Origin: Trichosphaerium sp. ATCC 40318
Taxonomy: Eukaryota > Protista > Tubulinea
Direction of reading: 5' to 3'
Assembly: GCA_038496445.1 (NCBI GenBank)
Contig: JALMLS010000305.1
Location: forward strand, 1-64,000
DNA: 64,000 bases
Position numbers and translations under genes: made by a program. Positions 24,388 through 38,469 of the stretch are shown piece by piece. Position 1 is the first letter of the stretch, and each line of letters opens with the position of its first letter. Below the pieces are notes generated by a model that saw nothing but the letters and a program-made list of their open reading frames with translations, ran no database searches and was not told the DNA's origin.

Positions 24388-26282
24388 ATGCCGAGGCAAA
24401 TACAGGTCCTGGTGCCTAATAGTACGCTATGTTTGTTCGTTTATGTAGCTCCAATCTTTTTTAAAAGCACTACACCTAATTTACGTGTCAAGGTGATACT
24501 GGGTCCATGCTTGTTATCCCTACAATAGGGAACGTTGTACAGTACTTAAAAAGTTCTCCGCACGTTTTTGCATTAGGTACACGAAAAGGGCACGTGAGTA
24601 CTTATTTCTCACTACTTCTAGCCGAATTCCGAGGTGCAGAGACTACAATGTATCAATTTCGTACTCAAGACAAATACGTTGGAATTATAATGGATGAACT
24701 ATCTGAGCACGGCGTAGGCGTAGATTTTGGCGTGGTAGGTAATCGAAAAGGCCCCACTTATTTTTTTTTCCCAACTGTTGGGGTTTTTTTTTTTGTGACA
24801 TTACTCCCTTAGATATATTGCCACTATCATCTACAAAACCAAGACTTAGCGCTAGCAAAGTGACACCGCTCACTAGAAAAAAATACAAGTACCTTTAAAA
24901 ACAAAAACGCAATGCACACGTGTTGTACAACAAAGTTTGCTAATTGTATTTTTTCTGCAACAAAAAAGATTATCGGAACGTGTATCTATAGAAGAAATTT
25001 ACGAAACAGTTGACAGTCAGCTTCACTTGACCTTTGATTACTTAGCAATGACGCTTGTCGCATCGATAATAGCTGGTTAGTCAACACTCATCCAAACAAC
25101 AAAAAAAATAGAAAACTAACTAAAAAACCACAAGGTGCTGGGTTAGCAACAGACAGCTCAGTTTCTGTTGTAGCATCAATGATTGTATCACCTCTTATGG
25201 GTCCAAGTAAGATAGCCAATCATAATAATATTCTTTGCTAATTTGCTTATCCAGTAACGGCTTTAACATTCGGAACAGTCATTCAGTACGTTGTACAAGA
25301 TAATACAAATATCGTAACTGTTTATAGGAGCAAAACAATGGTTTATAAGGGTTTCAGAAATGAATTCTATGGCCTGGCACTTACATTCCTGGTTGGTTTT
25401 ATATTTGGTATTGTGCTCATTTTTACAAACGTCAAATGGCCGACATACGAAATGACATCAAGGTATGCTTTAAACAACCACCCAAAATTCCGTTCTCAAC
25501 TTCTACTATAGAGGGACTCTGAGCGGTCTATGGGGAGGTATAGTTGTCGCTATACCCAGTGGTGTTGGTGTTGCATTGGCTATTACAGGTCCTTACTCTG
25601 GCGCTCTTGTAGGTACTCATTAAAACTTGCGGATTCAACACGTTTTGTTGGTGTATATTATGGAACTAATTTTTAATCTAAAGGTATTGCTATAAGTGCT
25701 GCATTACTTCCACCAGTTGTGAACTCTGGGATGAATCTTGCATACGGATTGATGGCTTATTGGCTCGATATTGATCATGTTTCTGGTGGTCAGAAATCAA
25801 GGAGAATGGCAAAAGAATGGCTGATGATTGCAATGTATTCCTTTATTCTTTTCCTTTTGAATTGGGTTTGCATATACCTCGCTGCTTTGTTATTTTTTAA
25901 GGTATGTATCGTTGATGACATACATCAACTCTTATTTTGAGGACTTTAAGCAATTTCATTGTCACCTGTTGTCATCTGAAATGAGATATTAATTCTCTGC
26001 CTATTTTACTTTCATGTTTTACGCGTCGTATTGCACCACGTGAATATGTTCTTCTATTTTGGGCGTATTTTAGAAAGTATTGATTATTTAATTCGCGTTT
26101 AGATCAAACAAATAAGACCGGATAAGCATAGAGCACGACGAATGAAGTGGAGAGGTAAAGCAAAAAAATGTGATAAAACTGACTTTCCCTACCTAGATTT
26201 ACCTCCTGTAAGCCATCCATCAACAATATTAGTTGATCCGTTGAGTGCATCTACAGAGGATGTGGAAGGGTTATTGAACTGA
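24388..26282 (+). CDS. DUF389-family multi-pass membrane protein
   Basis: IIAGAGLATDSSVSVVASMIVSPLMGP, VAIPSGVGVAL and GIAISAALLPPVVNSG are typical DUF389 motifs. Confidence 0.85.
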
Positions 26283-27158
26283 GCTTTGTAGCAACTCGAC
26301 GACCTGTGGCTATTTTTGGTTTGCTTTTTTTTTACAGAATTGATGTAACTTTCCGCTGCTCACGCTGTACTACATGCATAAAAAAGAGAATTTTCTTACA
26401 TACTTTGGTACATTGTTGGCTTCAACCCGTTTAGAAAAATTAACTGTTAATGGAAAATACGTGAACTAAGAATAAGTTCCACAAGGCAGATCAGGTTTAT
26501 TGTCAAAACGCATCAACAGAACTGGAACGGTACTTAAAAAAATCTGAAAAATTCTTACATATCTCAGAATGATCGCCAACGAGATAGCTCGCATTGCTTC
26601 CACGGGAAAATTATTTTTTGTTCGAAAAACGTTTTTCTGTCCCGTTTTACCCACGTTTCGAAAAAGAGTACCAAAGACTTGAAAACGCCACGACTGTATC
26701 TTTCAGTTTTATTTTATCATGATGTCAACTTTTCCGGCGAATATAATCAATACTGCGCTACCGTAACCTCCAAGCGCTGTAGAACCAAAACGTCTTATTC
26801 TACTTTCATGATACACACAGAGCATCATAAATTGCGTTATCCAATATTATTTTGTGAAAAACGTTTATGATAAAGAGAAACGCAGTTAATGCGTTATTAA
26901 TCGTTGTTTTTAACATACAGACAGCGTTTGGTAGCGCGTTAACTACAATTCACGCGTTTGGGTCAAGCGAGAAATACCGTTCACTTAACAATTTCTTTAA
27001 ACGCAAAAAGTCAGTACAACGACATATCATCATCTGGCGGCATTGGTAGTAAAAGGCAAGAGTGGCACTTCGATGATAATTGGCGTTTACAGAAATTTCG
27101 TCAAATTTAACTGACGCACCGTTTATAGACAGCAACTCCACGAGAACGTTAACAAAAC

Positions 27159-27964
27159 ATGACTGCACAAGTAGAAACACCCATATATAATAACGAGAAC
27201 TTCATAGAGCTCAAAAGAGAGCTTCTAACCGTGAGAGAAAGAGATCCACAACCAGTAGACATAGGTAGCTACAACCGAGAGAAACTGTTCGATATGGACG
27301 ACCTACGCGAAACCTTCTACAACTACACCATTTCTTTCCTTAGCGAAGTGTGGCGACATGAACAAGAACTTGCCGGAGGTACGCTTAGAAAGAACTACCT
27401 ACAACACCATAGAACCCGCGGGTCAATTAAAAAGACCTTATCCAAATTATAAGGTTTTTATTTGCTCCAACTTTTTTTTTTTTTTTTTTTCGCTTTTGCC
27501 AAATATTGCAATTCGCCGATTTACTTCAAAACTAACTAAAACGCACTTAATTTACCCGGGGTAATCTTACCCCCAAGTTTTACGGAACTTTTGTTTTGGG
27601 TGAATTTTTTTTTTTGTTGGTTGTTCGTTTTTTTTACAACTTCTGTATTTAATTATCGCATTTTCTGACTGCGTCTCTAGGTCAAGAGAGAGTTATACAG
27701 ACCGTTCTGCTACAAACGCTTGGCTCTAAAGCGGCGGGATTGCAAAGTTTTTACTGCAACGCCAGCGATAGCACTTGTCGTACAAAAACGCGTTGGCAAG
27801 AGGTGGCGGAGAGTCTTTTTAAAGAATTATGGAGTACACCGACATTTGAACCGTCGACAAACAAAACTCATTTACGGGCACTCACACAATGGGTAGCTAC
27901 ACTAAGAAACGAAGATCAAGAACTAGCCAAAATCGTTGAGTATTACATCAACACTCTTCGGTAA
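27159..27964 (+). CDS. Hypothetical protein; exon junctions not fully resolved
   Basis: Protein-like ORFs 27159.. and 27740..27964 separated by a T-rich intron-like tract. Confidence 0.45.
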
Positions 27965-29960
27965 AACTGAAAGACTACGCGTCTTGCCTAACTCCCCCTT
28001 TTTACCCGCTTGTACCTACTCCCTAGGAGACCCCTTTGTTCTCCTTTTGTAAATACCCACCACTCAATTCTCGAACATAACCACGATACCTAAGAAACTC
28101 CTGAAACCTTTTGTACATAGAACCGATAATCTTATTTTGTAGACTGGCTGTAATAAAAATACTCAAAATAATCTATTTTAAAAAACAAACTGTTCGAAAA
28201 AAAAAGCATTCTACACAATTGCCCTCACTTGTTTTTCTTTCGATACTCATCCTGTTTTATTATGGGGTATCGCTATTGTGAATTATTGCCCAACCCGTAA
28301 AAACGTACGCTTATGTACTAGCGCAAAAATAGGAAAGCAGAAAGACAAAAAAACAAAATAAATCAAAAAAGAAAAACCCCAATAAATCAGGTCATGTAGC
28401 GACTACTGCGAATGTTGAATGCTCCTACACACTCACTAATATGTCTTTCTTATCACAGTTGCCGAAGCGTTGCGATCTTTTGTTCAGTAAGCGAGAAAAC
28501 GAATTAACAAAGGCGTGCAATACTGCACGCTTGTTTTATTAATATAGCAATACATAGCAAAAAAAAAAGATAACAGAGCACATTATACGTGCTCCAAGTT
28601 ATTTACCATAACGCGGAGTTTTTTTTTTCTGCTGGCACTAAACATTTCTTTCCTTTCTAACCTTCTTGGCAAATATAAGCGGCTAAGCCACCATATTCAA
28701 TAAAACCATCGTTGTCAAAATCACATTCAGTTAGAAATTCGTTCGCCTATCACAAAAATCAGTTATCACATACGAGTGTAATGTAACGTTGGAGGAAATT
28801 AAATAAATATAGCGCAGCAAGGACTTCCACAAGAGTGGTGTTTAATTTCAAGAGATAGAGGTGAAGAGCTTGTTTTTTAGCTGCGTAAAAGCCAAAAATA
28901 TATGAATAGATTTTATCAAAAACACAAAAAGTTGACAAGAATCACTAACGTGTTAGTAATCACTATTAGAGGTGGGTAGTCAACTTTTGATAGTACGCCC
29001 GTTGTACCAAAAAGGAAGATCCCACAACAACAAAAGCGTGCAACTGTTCACAAAAAATGCCCAGAAAAAAAAAATCATGTCAACGTGCTGCGTTAAACTA
29101 TTTTTCCACAGCATCGATGATCTTGCTCCGCCACGAGATTTTTTACAGTTTTAACAGTCCATTTGAAGTAAGTGCATTGTGTTGCAGTTTTTTTTTTTTT
29201 TGGCCCAAAACAGCTACAATTACGCAATTCAAAGTTCGTACCTCTTCTCTGGTCATTTTAGCGCCTCTAGTCATAAGTACGACGCGAAGATCGTCACATG
29301 AAATGAAACCATCCTTTTACTGTATAAATAACATGCGAGGCATAGTTGTGCGTACTTTGTCGTCGTCAAAGTTGAAAAAAGCATCTAATACGCAAATAAA
29401 CGAACAAACTCGCATTACGCCTACTGATTTTATTATACGCACCTTTCAGCTGTTGAACCGTAATAGCAGGCTAGTATTTTTGTTAAAGGACAGTTTATAC
29501 TGTCGTCTGTCGTTGCAATTGATATAAATTCTACGTACAGCTGCAGCCATCTTGGTTTTTCAAGTAAGTGATAAATTCTTTAAGTTTGTATTTCGTTGCA
29601 AACAACAACTTGGTTCACTTCGCAATGAGGGAATTAGTAGTTTTCTTAGGGAAGTGGCATAACATGCTGCTTTTGGAGGCGCCTATCAGTGCAACACGTG
29701 CTCATTGAAAATGCAGAACTGCCAGTCCTTTGCTAGCACGAAAAGAAATTTAGTCACGCCTAGTGCACTACGAATAAGAGGTACAGCATCTATAGTGTTG
29801 TATCTCTAGGCGCAGGAATTGTGTTGACCGAGGTAGTCGACAACAAAAATTTGGGCGCCTACTGATTAAAACACCAGTAAGCGAAAGGTAGAGAATACCA
29901 TAAGATAATAAACACGCCGCCGATGCTCCAGTAGATTCAGAATTTAAACTCTGTAATTCC

Positions 29961-31285
29961 ATGGCCGTCACAGCTGCAGATAACGTAGATGAACAGACAA
30001 AGCACCCGCTAGAAAACGAATGGACTTTCTGGTATGACAAGCGACAGCAGAGAAATCGGCGCGCACCAGGAGAAAAACAGAACTATGAAGCTAATTTGAA
30101 GACTGTTGGTATATTTGGAGCCGTATCCTTTTGTTTAAAAGCAATACAACCTGCGTAGTTGTGCAGCGTACCCAAAAGTCGCTGATCTCTCAAAAAAAAC
30201 TGTTTTTTTTCCTTAACTAGCTACTACAGGTAGAGGACTTTTGGAGGTAACCAGATCAAATTTCCGTTTCCTTTTACGCCAAACGCCAACAGAAACACAA
30301 GCGTTTTACCGTGTCAAAAAACAAAAAACAAAAAAAAACCCCTCTATAATATTCAAATCGGATTTTAGGTATTGGAACAACGTCGCAGCACCATCACAGC
30401 TCATTCCTGGATCGAACTATCACATTTTCAAAACTGGAATAAAACCAATGTGGGAAGACACTCACAATAAAGAGGTACCGTGGGTTATTGACGCCTGAAG
30501 GCAACTTCTTAGTGCTTACTTTTGATCTAAGGGAGGTAAATGGGTAATAAACCTTAAATCTCACAACAGGGAAATGTTGGACACTCTATGGCAAGAGGTG
30601 GTACGTGAACACTACAACGCACGCGTATTGGGACTTATAGCATCATAGGTTCTTGGTTTAGTTGGTGAAACGCTAGATCCAACCAATGAGATATGTGGGT
30701 ACGTCTGCACAACGCGAAAATAGCGATGGGTGTCATTTTACGCTTAAAACAAAGTAATACATCTACGGTATTCGTAAAAGAGACCTTTTTTGTTAGTCGT
30801 TTTGTTTGCGTCTACACAACGCCTTTTTACGCACGCTATTGAATTATCATTAATTTTTTATCGTTAGAGCTGTTTGCTCTATCAGGAAGAACGCTGACAG
30901 GATCGCTGTGTGGAACAGACGCGCAACGGATGATAGTTATATCGATGAGCTTGGGTACCTTTTTTTTTGTTTGTTTGCTTTTGTGCGTTAGTTATTTACC
31001 ATGGCTCTTAGCGAGCATCTTGTACGCGTAATCAAGGCTGCCGGACCACCAACAAATAAGGTCGTAATGCAGTACCAGGTTCACTCTGTACGTAGTTTTT
31101 CGTCCAAAAATTGTTGAATGCTTATTCCAAAAAAAAAAACGTTGTGTGATTTTCTATTAATTTTCTTCATGTATTAACGTTTTTTTTTTAAACTATAGGA
31201 TGCGCTGAAGTCTGGAACCAGTTATGAGAATCCAGAGAAATACAACAAAACCATCAATGGCGTCAATCACCGAGGAAAGCGTTAA
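29961..31285 (+). CDS. eIF4E: Translation initiation factor 4E family protein
   Basis: HPLENEWTFWY, VEDFW, FKTGIKPMWED, GGKW, LVGE..EICGAV..R..DRIAVW; stop TAA at 31283-31285. Confidence 0.95.
30123..30229 (+). other. U12-type GT-AG intron (in eIF4E)
   Basis: Donor GTATCCTTT; branch site TTCCTTAAC at 30209-30217; acceptor CAG at 30229. Removal gives FGA|VEDFW. Confidence 0.9.
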
Positions 31286-31670
31286 AAGTTTTATAAATAT
31301 CTATCATTAAAAAAAAAAGAGATGATTTCATTAACGCTACAAACACAAAATCCTCAAATGGCGGTAAATAAAAAAATAAGTTTATTCATTCTTAGATGTA
31401 CGTGTGCATAACTATAAGCGCTGGTTGCGTCATTTAATGCTGTTGGTGGCTTAGCGCAAGGTACCTTGTATTTTTTATGCTATTGATGAGATGAACTATC
31501 AAATTTACAGTTGTTATTTTTGAAACATGTCACATTGATGCAAACATGACGGATTGTGAACCTTCTCTACAGCTGAATGCAGCCTAGTGCGTTGTAGTAA
31601 AGCCCGTTCACAATCCGTACTTCTGCAATGGCTTTCTAGAGTGTACTATTGGTAACGGCCAAAGTTAAGT

Positions 31671-32589
31671 TTATTGAGAAGGTTCATAATTACAGCCTCT
31701 TTGGACAACTGGATGGAGTACTCTCGTGTCAATACCCTAAACACACTTTTAGAAAAGAAATACCAACCAAAACCAATAAAGTAAAACTGAACACGTGCCA
31801 AACGAATTATACGTCGCTTGATACGGTTGATCAACCTGCGAGGTGCTACAGGTCTTCTATAGAAGATCCACAATCCGGAATTGTTAAAGTCCGTCCCTAG
31901 ATACGAGTAAGCGAGTTTCAAAGTCGCATTGTGTACCTGTATTACATAGCCCAGGACGACCAGGGATAAAAGGTTGACCTCCACTCACAACAGCCCACTG
32001 ATACTGGTTTCTTCTTCTTGGACCTAACATTTGATTAGATAGCCTTGTAATCTGTACATAAATACCTAGAGCCACTACCCAGTACGGACCATAAGCTGAA
32101 GGCGGTAAAGCACATATACCAACTAAGATAGTGTGAGATTATTTCAATTTTTTTGTTTGGTGCCTTTTAGCGCAGATGGTACAGAACTATCTTCAACAAT
32201 ACCGCACAATGGTCCACCAGAAACAGGACCGTTAACCTGATATAATGGTTGGGGCTCTAATACAGATAGAAGTCCGTGTTGTGTTGTGTACCTGGTTTTC
32301 ATTTGCGTAGTTAACAACGTTTATTTCTCCTGGAGTTGTTTGGGAATATGTTGCTGTCGCGCAGTAGAAGTTCTCTATTGGTTGAAATATCGATACCATC
32401 TGTTCTTGTGCATACCTGTTAGAAAGGTTTAGTTGACACTTGTTTTAGGCGCTGTTTATGTACGCACCACGTGCCAAGGTAAGCTTCTGTTACAAAGTTC
32501 TTTACAGGTTTAACAACCTTACACTCATTTGTAAGTGCTGATACTACGAACAAAGCTGTGAAAAAGAGATATGTTTGACGTGTTGCCAT
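31671..32589 (-). CDS. Secreted lipocalin (ApoD/Blc-like), paralogue 1
   Basis: Signal peptide; NFVTEAYLGTWY (GxW motif), YGPYWVVALG, YQWAVVSGG, SGLWIFYRRP. Confidence 0.8.
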
Positions 32590-34058
32590 CTTTTGTTGTC
32601 ACACCGTATCAATAGTGGAGAAACTTTTGCTTTTAAATAGTTGTTCACTTGTGAACTAAGCCAAAAGCGGATTTTTCCACCATTTTTAAAAAGAGCTCTA
32701 AAAAAAAACATAGAAAGGTACACACGTGCCGCAGTAAAAAACTCAAAAACCTACGGAATAGACCCATAAATATGTTACAACATGACGACAAGCGGTGAAT
32801 TGATATTCCGTTTTTTCTCCAAGCTCTTAAAATAGTTTTTCAGTGAGCGCAGTTTTATGGTGGTAAAGCTATCCCATCGATACTTATCGTGTTTACAAAG
32901 CACTTGTTGAAAGTATTGCGAAGAAGTTATGATAGTAGCTGTCACTTAAAAGCGAAAATACAAAGCAAGAACAAACTTGATTCCATTCTTATTTAGTACG
33001 CAGTTTCGTTTACTTCGGTGGAAGCGAAAAATATCCAAAGAGAAACTTTAGCATGGATAGCTACATGAGCAAGAATCCAGATGTATCCAGCTATTACTTT
33101 GTGCACCGAAGTACACTAGAAAGAATTGGCTAAATCACTTCTCACCATGTATTTTTCATCTGTCTTAAGCTTATTGTACAATTCTGAAATACAGAGCACA
33201 ATCTTGCATGTTATCTATTGCACTAAAGTTAGGTAAAAGAAACGCGATGAAAGTTAAACAAGCCCTATCATTGAGAACTACTGTGTTCCTCCTAGAGTGC
33301 TCTTGCAATATTGTTCAATGTACAGCATCAGTGATTCCCAATTCCAGCTCTTATGAACGTAGACATCACACACAATTTAGAGTTATTTAACTTAATAAGC
33401 GATACAAAAAGTGAAATTCACACAGTGAAATCGGTTTAATACTACAAGCTTATTTTGTACCATACAAATGAGAATCCTTTTTTACTTAGATAGCGACAGT
33501 TCAAGGTTCCACACTAATTAAACTGTAAAATACCGCTCTTGAAAAGCACAACGTCAAAGATGAGTACATTGGTATGCTTAAAGATAACTTGGCATTAAAA
33601 AGTCCGCTACGCAGTACGTTGCAGTATTTATTCTAGATGCTAGCATAAATGATTGTGTGACACGAGCCTGCTCAAGAATCCTAACAAATAGCTAAACTGT
33701 CAACCTTTAATAAACAGAAGTTCATTAGCAAGAAAAGCCCAATTTGCCAACTTTAAACGCAGAACACGTGCGCGTTCTTGTGTAAGGTAGCAGTCTCTAT
33801 TGCATGCCTGTGATTATGGCACCGTACTAAGCTATCGCATACAGTAGAATTGTAGGATATTACCCGCTACTGGCCTGTGGTACACAACTTGTCAACAGAA
33901 ATAACAAACGCCTAAAGCGAGGCGTGGTATAAAGTAATGTGGAACGCAGTTTAGGGAAATGTGATTACTTGTTAAAAAGCGTGCCTTAATCCACAGTTTC
34001 AAGCGTGAACCATATAAAAACACCTCAGGAGTACTGTTATTACAAGACACGAGCGGAG

Positions 34059-35326
34059 ATGTTTCAAGTTGCTTTTGTCGCTCCAAAATCTCGATTAGAC
34101 GTTCTAAACGACGTCATTGATTATTTAGATAAGCATGGAAGGTACTGATATTGTCTAAAAGGCTCTGTTGTGAAAATTATTTAGAACACTCGGGTTTGGC
34201 GTTACGCGTATAGAAAAAGCATCAGTGTTGCGTGATACTTCTCTATTGTCAATTAGTGAGACTAGAAACTACGATTTAATGTTTTTACACTTACGCAATG
34301 AAATCGCTATCGCACATGAACAAGAACAATCCAAATCAAAGGAAGATGAGGTAATAGAGAATTTCTCGCTCAACACTTGTTTCAATTTCAGCGAACTACC
34401 CACTTGGATAACTGTGTTTTTGGGCTTCCCTCGCGTAGTAATTGTTTTTTCGAGTTGTGGCATTGCGTCTGGTTATAGGTTTACGCCCATTCGAAACTAA
34501 AAACAGACATTTCTTATCAACGCTTTTTTACGCCATTTTCTTAAGAGTACGTGACTAACGCATGTACTAGAACGCTAAACAAGCAATAAAACTTTTAGAA
34601 TGTGTAAAAAAGCTTGAAGACATACCAAAACCAAAAGACGCACTGCCATGGCTAGTAGATACTATACAGCTACAAACACACGTATCTTTAAGGACAACAA
34701 TGCTCGCAATGATACAAAAAATAACACAACGTGTCAACGAAAAGCACGATAACTTGATGTCACCTAAATCATTCGAGATTTCAAATGGTAATATAGATTC
34801 ACTACCAAAAGATGCACGATATCCTCTTCTTGCAAAGCCACAATCAGGTGAGAATCATCAAATTTCTGTCATCTTTAATAGGAAGGACATGTTATCTTTT
34901 ATCAACGAAAACAAGAACACAACAGTACTAACTCAAGTGTATTCCCCTCACGACTCTTATATGGTTAAACTATTCTCTATTGATGGACATGCAGTACCCG
35001 TTTATCGTACGTCAATCCCAAGATTTGCTGTTGGAGAAAGTGAAACACCTCGATTCGACTTTGTTACTTTAGACTATTGTGGGAAGGTCCTAGATAGCGA
35101 TACGGTATCAGGAGTAACTCAAATGCCTGATCACATAATAGACACTATATCGAAGGTAGCCAAGGACGTTCTTGGCGCTTGTATGTTAGAAATGGACGTC
35201 ATTTATGACGTTGTTGAGAAACGATGGGTAATTGTTGATTTAAATCACTTTCCTAGCTATAACGGCGCACCAAGGGAATGGATAAAGCAGAGAATGCTTG
35301 AATTCATCACACAGTATATTAAATAA
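34059..35326 (+). CDS. ATP-grasp inositol 1,3,4-trisphosphate 5/6-kinase (ITPK1)-like protein
   Basis: YPLLAKP, HQISVIFN, QVYSPHDSYMVKLF, RTSIP, EMDVI..WVIVDLNHFPSY; 5' exons approximate. Confidence 0.75.
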
Positions 35327-35569
35327 ACGTGTTGTATTATGATTAAGCTTCATAAGTACGTTTAAAAGAATCGAAAAATAGAAATTTCTCCTTGGAGTTA
35401 TGAACGTAAAGAGCGCCTTTTTATCAACTTTGTAGCATAATCCTACGCTATGTGAAGTGTTTTACGCTACTTTCAACTGATTTGCCGCGCATTAAGGCGT
35501 AATTAAGCCGTTTAAAATAAATTGTTCTAATTTAAGTAATAGAGACGGCAACTCTCTAGAATAGTTGCA

Positions 35570-38455
35570 ATGGGATATATGGGGTACATGCTATCTATCA
35601 TAGCATTTATAATGGTTATTATGCCTGCGACGGTTCGTTCCTTTGGTTGCGCCCCAATTGCGATCAATACTACTTGTGTATACGAAGATCCTCCCTACGC
35701 TATGCAGATATTCTTCCCAAACGCCGAACAGGAAACCTTATTACTGAATTACTCTGTATACGCCCAGGACATATCGGCAGGGTTAGCGTATAGTAGAGAG
35801 TACGATTATAAACGCCTGGCGCCAGAAAACAAAACCAACTCGAGAATTTCGTCTTTCAGCCTTTTCGCTTTTTCTAGTGGACACTCACAAGTTTTTGATA
35901 AAAATGCAAAGTGGGCCGGCCCTGACCTTCGTTTGAAGGATCCACGCACGTTTGTCTTACGTTTTTTTCTTTTCTAGGTGCGGACAGCAGATAAAAGAGC
36001 TCGTTTGTAAGCGTGTTTTCAGACCTTGTGACGGATCAATACTTCCTGCAACACCTTGTTATAGTCAATGTCAGGATACTATAACTGCATGTGGTAGCTT
36101 ATTAGACTATTTTCCGGAGAAAAAACCAGACTGCAACGAGACTGAAAACATTCTAGGCACGTGATTTGAAACGTTTTTTTTTTCTATCAATAGCTTGTTA
36201 ACGTTGTTTCTTTCAGGTTTGACATTAAGGTCATATAACGAGGAACCTTGTAATAACATGCGTGTTAAAATATTTCCAGAAGATTGTTTATACCCGTTTA
36301 CGTATAATCATAACGCTGGTGAGGATGATCCTTTGTGTACTTTACAATGTCCTCTTATTGAAAAAGAAGAGTGTGAAGTAGAATACTGGGTAAGTAATTG
36401 TAGTATGTAGACTGTTTAGGCAGTTTTTCAAGTACCATAAATGTACTGACATAGTTTGAAATTAAGCGCCGAATTTAAGTTCTAAGTGTTTCATCAATAC
36501 GCTTTTAAGTAGCATATTAAATTGTTTTCCGACTAACTTGAATTAGATCATCTACGTAACTGCACCTACTTCATTGTTTGCTGGTCTACTCACATTTATA
36601 ACATTTATGTCAAACAAGAAGAGGCACATATTCCCAGCTAATATAATTATGGTTGCCGGAGCGTAAGCACTATATTTGGAACTAATTTTTTTTTAATTGA
36701 ATCCTAGGTTTACAATTATTCTTCCATTTATGCAAACTCTATCCTTATTTGTGCCTCGATATGAAACTCTATGCGAAGACAATGCTACGTTTCGGTCTGG
36801 CTTTAATAGCAAAAATATTGTGTGTGCTATTCAAGGTACAGAAAGAAATCCCGTATTGTGTTTCATGAATCGATTTAATGTTGAAACTTATCTTAACGTT
36901 CAGGTACAGCTTTTTTTTTTGGTGTCATGGGTTCAATAGTATATTGGGCATCTGTGGGAGTATTGATAGCTCTCACAGCTTTTAACCTAAAAAGAAGATG
37001 GAGTAAAACATTTCAGTACGTCGTTTGTTAGCTCTACACTAAAATCTTAAGTTTTCCTTCAAAGTTTGTCCAAAAATTTGTGCCTCGTTTTTCTTGCCTT
37101 TGTCTACGCTTAAATTAGAAATGAATTGTCTTTTTTTAATTATAGATATTAAGTATTGCATAGGTATCTTTTCTTAGTAACACCAGGAGCCTTGGTAGTT
37201 GCTATGTATATTTATACTGTTGTTTTTTCCACATTCAGAGCGCAGCCATCTTGCATCGTCCACTGTGTTATATCTCTCTTACCTGAAGACTCAATGCATA
37301 ATATACTACCTCTATCAGTCATTACATTGTCAGTAGGACTCAACGTTCTGTGTATATCTTATATCTCATATAGACTATGCGCATCACGAGTGGTACGTGA
37401 AATGAAGTTAATATTTTCTTTTGTAAAAACCCCAACATTGTCTGCTCTTTGCTATTTATCTATCAAGTCTGATTTTCTTATTTAGAGTACTATCAATACT
37501 GATAAAAAAGAGTATGAAAGGTATGTTTACTATTATTTTAGTGCAGTATAAAGGGTGCTAGAATAATCTAAAGTATTGGTATAATTTTCTTTTTGTAGAT
37601 TCATTGCAACCCAGTTGGGCATGTGGTTCTATTTGATCAGTCCTTTATTCTCAATTGGAGTTGTTCTGGTCGCTTTAATGATGAATGTAACAACAAAGCA
37701 AGAAACGCTTGAATTCAGTATAGCGAAATGGGCAGCCTGTATCAACTCTGGCAACTCCGATTGTGGTATGCCATTAAAGGTTTTTTCTCAAAAAAAAAAG
37801 GAGCACAGCTCTTAACTATGTCAAAAATACTAATTATCGTCATAACTAGGTAGTTTTCCAACGGGATTTTCTTGTTCTCTAACCACATTGGTAACTTTGT
37901 CAAGCTCTACGACAGGATTTATTTCTTTTGTTGCTTCTTTCAGTGCGTTATTTTATTTTTCAACGTTTTTTCTCTTCTTTGCTAGCTTCAGTAGTGTATA
38001 CGAAAGTCAACAATGACCCGGTTCAAATATGCTATATATTCTATATATAGTTGTTAACCAATGGGGCTATGAAACTCTATTCTACACCGGAAATTGGCCG
38101 AGATCACTTTTTTTTCTTACTTTGAAAAAAATTGTAATGAATCCAACTCATGTTTATATTTATCTCCACATTTTTGGTTCAATGCTAATTTATTTATCAA
38201 GGCTTCCCTGATTTTGTTCCTTTACTAAGAAGGAATTTTTATATTATCACATGCCGTTATGCTTTGTGGAAGAAGATATATAAAACAAGCAAAGATTATT
38301 CTTCTGAAACTAGTACTCGTGCACCAAATAGGGTACCTCAACTATGTGGATCAACAAATTGTATAACAAGTGTACCTAAGCACACTTGTTTGAGTACTGG
38401 ATCTTTATCTTTCCATCGAGAAACACAAACTGAAACAAGAAATATAAAAGACTAA
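35570..38455 (+). CDS. Frizzled/Smoothened-like (Fsl-type) 7TM receptor with cysteine-rich domain
   Basis: Signal peptide; CRD C..LVCKRVFRPC..PCYSQC....ACG; linker CLYPF..CTLQCP; FPANII, LCEDNAT..IVCAIQG, WAACI..DC; multiple hydrophobic exons. Confidence 0.8.
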
Positions 38456-38469
38456 AAATAACTTTATGT

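Noticed and set aside
27450-27452. TAA readthrough joining ORF 27159 to the downstream exon
   Set aside because: A 34-nt GTACG..TAG intron upstream shifts the frame and avoids the stop; the downstream junction cannot be resolved without cDNA.
28000-29950. ORFs 28972, 29057 and 29768, and possible tRNA/ncRNA genes
   Set aside because: Low-complexity, non-protein-like translations; no tRNA A/B-box cloverleaf seen; probably the eIF4E promoter and 5' UTR intron.
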